Positions 61,551-64,000 of a stretch of DNA of 64,000 bases are shown piece by piece; position 1 is the stretch's first letter, and each line of letters opens with the position of its first letter. The DNA is taken from assembly GCA_038087875.1 (NCBI GenBank), contig CM075999.1:2110001-2174000 (forward strand), in the 5' to 3' direction. The translations under genes and the position numbers were made by a program. The notes under the pieces were generated by a model. The model searched no databases, was not told the DNA's origin, and saw only the letters and a program-made list of their open reading frames with translations. The DNA is from Malacoraja senta. Lineage: Eukaryota.

Positions 61551-62049
61551 TTGTTTCAACATTTAAAAGACATTTTGTCAAGTACATGGATAGGACAAGT
61601 TTAGAGGGATGTGGACCAAATGCGGTTAGGCGGGACTAGCTCCGAAGGGGCATCTTGGTCGGCATGGGCAAGTTGGGCCGAAGGGCCTGTTTCCGTGCCC
61701 TATGACTCTTTGCCTCTGTGGCTCCAAGATATGTTTGATTTTGGGGCATGTTCCATTTGTAGAATGACATTCAATGAAGTTGACTGAGCATAAAGTAAGG
61801 CTGCGTTCTCGGAGAGAGAAACTTCTCATCAAAATGAGCAATGGGACACACAGCCAGTAGCTACAGAGGGCCAAATGTAAGTAATTAATCAAGTCTGTCA
61901 GTCTATTGGCAAACGTGCAGAGGGCTGTGCTGAAATATCTCCACAGTAATACATCTCTCATTTGGCACGAATGTGTGTTGTAATATTTGTAAAAGTCTCA
62001 TCATTTCCGACGCGTAAGGTGTTTACCACGCTGAGATTACAAGATTACG

Positions 62050-62908
62050 GGCGGCACGGCAGAGTCGCTGCCTCACAGCGCCAGAGACCCCGGTTCGATC
62101 CCGACTACGGGTGCCGTCTGTTCGGAGCATGTACGTTCTCCCCGTGACCTGCGTGGGTTTTCTCCGAGATCTTTGGTTTCCTCCCGCACTCCAAAGACGT
62201 GCAGGTTTGTAGGTTAATTGGCTCGGTGTAGTCAAGTCAAGTCAAGTGAGTTTATTGTCATGTGTCCCTGGTAGGACAATGAAATTCTTGCTTTGCTTCA
62301 GCACAACAGAACATAGTAGGCATTGACTACAAGGCATTCTATAAATATATACACACATGAATCAATATACTGATAAAGTGTAAATGTGTAAATTGTCATC
62401 AGTGTGTGTAGGATAGTGTTGGTGTGCGGGGATCGCTGGTCAGTGCAGACTCAGTGGGCCGAAGCAAAGATCCTATAGCGGAGCAAGATAGACCACTCCT
62501 TCTAAATGCAATGGGCTGACGTGTAGTACGCGACGGAGCGGAACGTGGGTCTTTTTTTCATCCATTTCAGTAACCCGACCCGACCCGACCCGACCCGACT
62601 CGCAGTGTAATCAACGTTGCGGGGAACAGTTTGTGTTAATAAATTATACTTCTGAAAATGAGGAGAAGATTTTTCCCAAGTAACTTTTATTTTTACGAGG
62701 ATGTTTCCGTAACCGGCTTCCGTCTCCGCACTAGTATCCTGTGGGATCTTTGGTGCGGAGACGGAAGCCGGGTACGGAAATGGGGCCGAAAATTACCCGT
62801 GAATCTGCCCATGACCGTACTACGTCTTTTTCGTCGAGTGGACCATCTTGCTCGCTATAGGATCTTTGGGCCGAAGGGCGTGTTTCCACGCTGTATCTCT
62901 GCAGTCTA
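62050..62908 (+). mobile_element. V-SINE split by a LINE tail (~62230-62380) and the hAT MITE
   Basis: SINE segments resume in register around the inserts. Confidence 0.8.
62465..62868 (+). mobile_element. hAT-type MITE
   Basis: TIR CAAAGATCCTATAGCG / CGCTATAGGATCTTTG; perfect 8-bp TSD GGCCGAAG 62457-62464 / 62869-62876. Confidence 0.88.
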
Positions 62909-63309
62909 AAGAACTGGAGTGGTGAAATAAAGCAGCTTTCAAGCGCGATCGCGTCTGGTATGTGATTCCATGTGAAATTGACACCGTAATTGGATCTAAT
63001 TGCAGTTACACATTCTCACATTTTCAGCATCACCTTCTGAAAGTACAATTTTAGCATTAATTTATTCACACTGGTGTCTCTGAAAGTTGCTCCAGATGAA
63101 ATGTGCCACTGTAATTGATCCTTAATATTTCACTGCTCACATGCAATAAAACAAAAGTTACCTCGAGACCTTCGTCCACAGATAATGGGGTGCAATGTCT
63201 TGCTGTGGTATTTCAGTACAGTTATACGCATTTGAGGTTATGTGAAAACACCGCTTATCTTTAAAGGCCTTGTACTGTGAAATCTTAATCTCTGGATAAC
63301 TTTGGCAGA

Positions 63310-64000
63310 CATCATCAAGTTCACTGATGACACCACTGTTGTGGGACGTATCACTGATGGGGATGAGTCAGAGTATAGAAGAGAGATCGAGCAACTGTCC
63401 ATATGGTGCCAGCACAATAACCTGGTCCTCAACACCAGCAAAACCAAGGAACTGATTGTGGACTTTGGAAGGGGTAGGATGGGGACCCACAGTCCCGTTT
63501 ATATCAATGGGTCGATGGTGGAGAGGGTCAAGAGCTTCAAATTCCTGGGCGTGCACATCTCTGAAGATCTTTTCTGGTCCGAGAACACTGATGCTACTAT
63601 TAAGAAAGCACATCAGCGCCTCTACTTCCTGAGAAGATAATGGAGAGTCGGTTTGTCAAGGAGGACTCTCTCGAACTTCTACAGGTGCACAGTAGAGAGC
63701 ATGCTGACCGGTTGCATCGTGGCTTGGTTCGGCAACTTGAGCGCCCTGGAGTGGAATAGACTACAAAAAGTAGTAAATACTGCCCAGTCCATCATCGGCT
63801 CTGACCTCCCCACCATCGAGGGGATCTACCACAGTCGCTGCCTCAAAAAGGCTGGCAGCATCATCAAGGACCCACACCATCCTGGCCACACACTCATCTC
63901 CCCGCTGCCATCAGGTAGAAGGTACAGGAGCCTGAAGACTGCAACCACCAGGTTCAGGAATAGCTACTTCCCCACAGCCATCAGGCTATTAAACTCAACT
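63310..64000 (+). pseudogene. Rex1/Babar LINE RT C-terminal fragment
   Basis: IIKFTDDTTVVGRI...WCQHNNLVLNTSKTKELIVDF...KFLGVHISEDL; in-frame stop 63638-63640 then NFYRCTVESML. Confidence 0.93.

Overview
Eukaryotic, repeat-saturated non-coding DNA (gene desert or large intron). The repeat repertoire points to a cartilaginous fish, probably a skate or ray (inference). I found no recognisable host protein-coding exon. Almost every ORF in the track is a decayed retrotransposon fragment or repeat noise. Contents: (i) many 5'-truncated CR1-clade LINE 3' ends (HER1-like); (ii) tRNA-headed V-SINEs (HE1-like); (iii) Rex1/Babar, L1/Tx1 and L2 remnants; (iv) Penelope-like element (PLE) fragments with a GIY-YIG C-terminus, plus dozens of short, often palindromic PLE-derived insertions bearing a minimal hammerhead-like core; (v) PIF/Harbinger and hAT-type MITEs; (vi) a ~1 kb (GGGTT)n tract, a ~1.79 kb tandem duplication and a ~200-N gap. 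The most notable observation is a ~140-bp non-autonomous retroelement present in three copies (20556-20698 +, 34744-34893 -, 41140-41277 +). Its first 54 nt fold by eye into a minimal HDV/CPEB3-like self-cleaving ribozyme, its 5' end coincides with the predicted cleavage site, and it has a (GAA)n tail and 11-12 bp target-site duplications (TSDs). Repeat boundaries without a TSD are approximate. All folds and family calls were made by eye, without searches.
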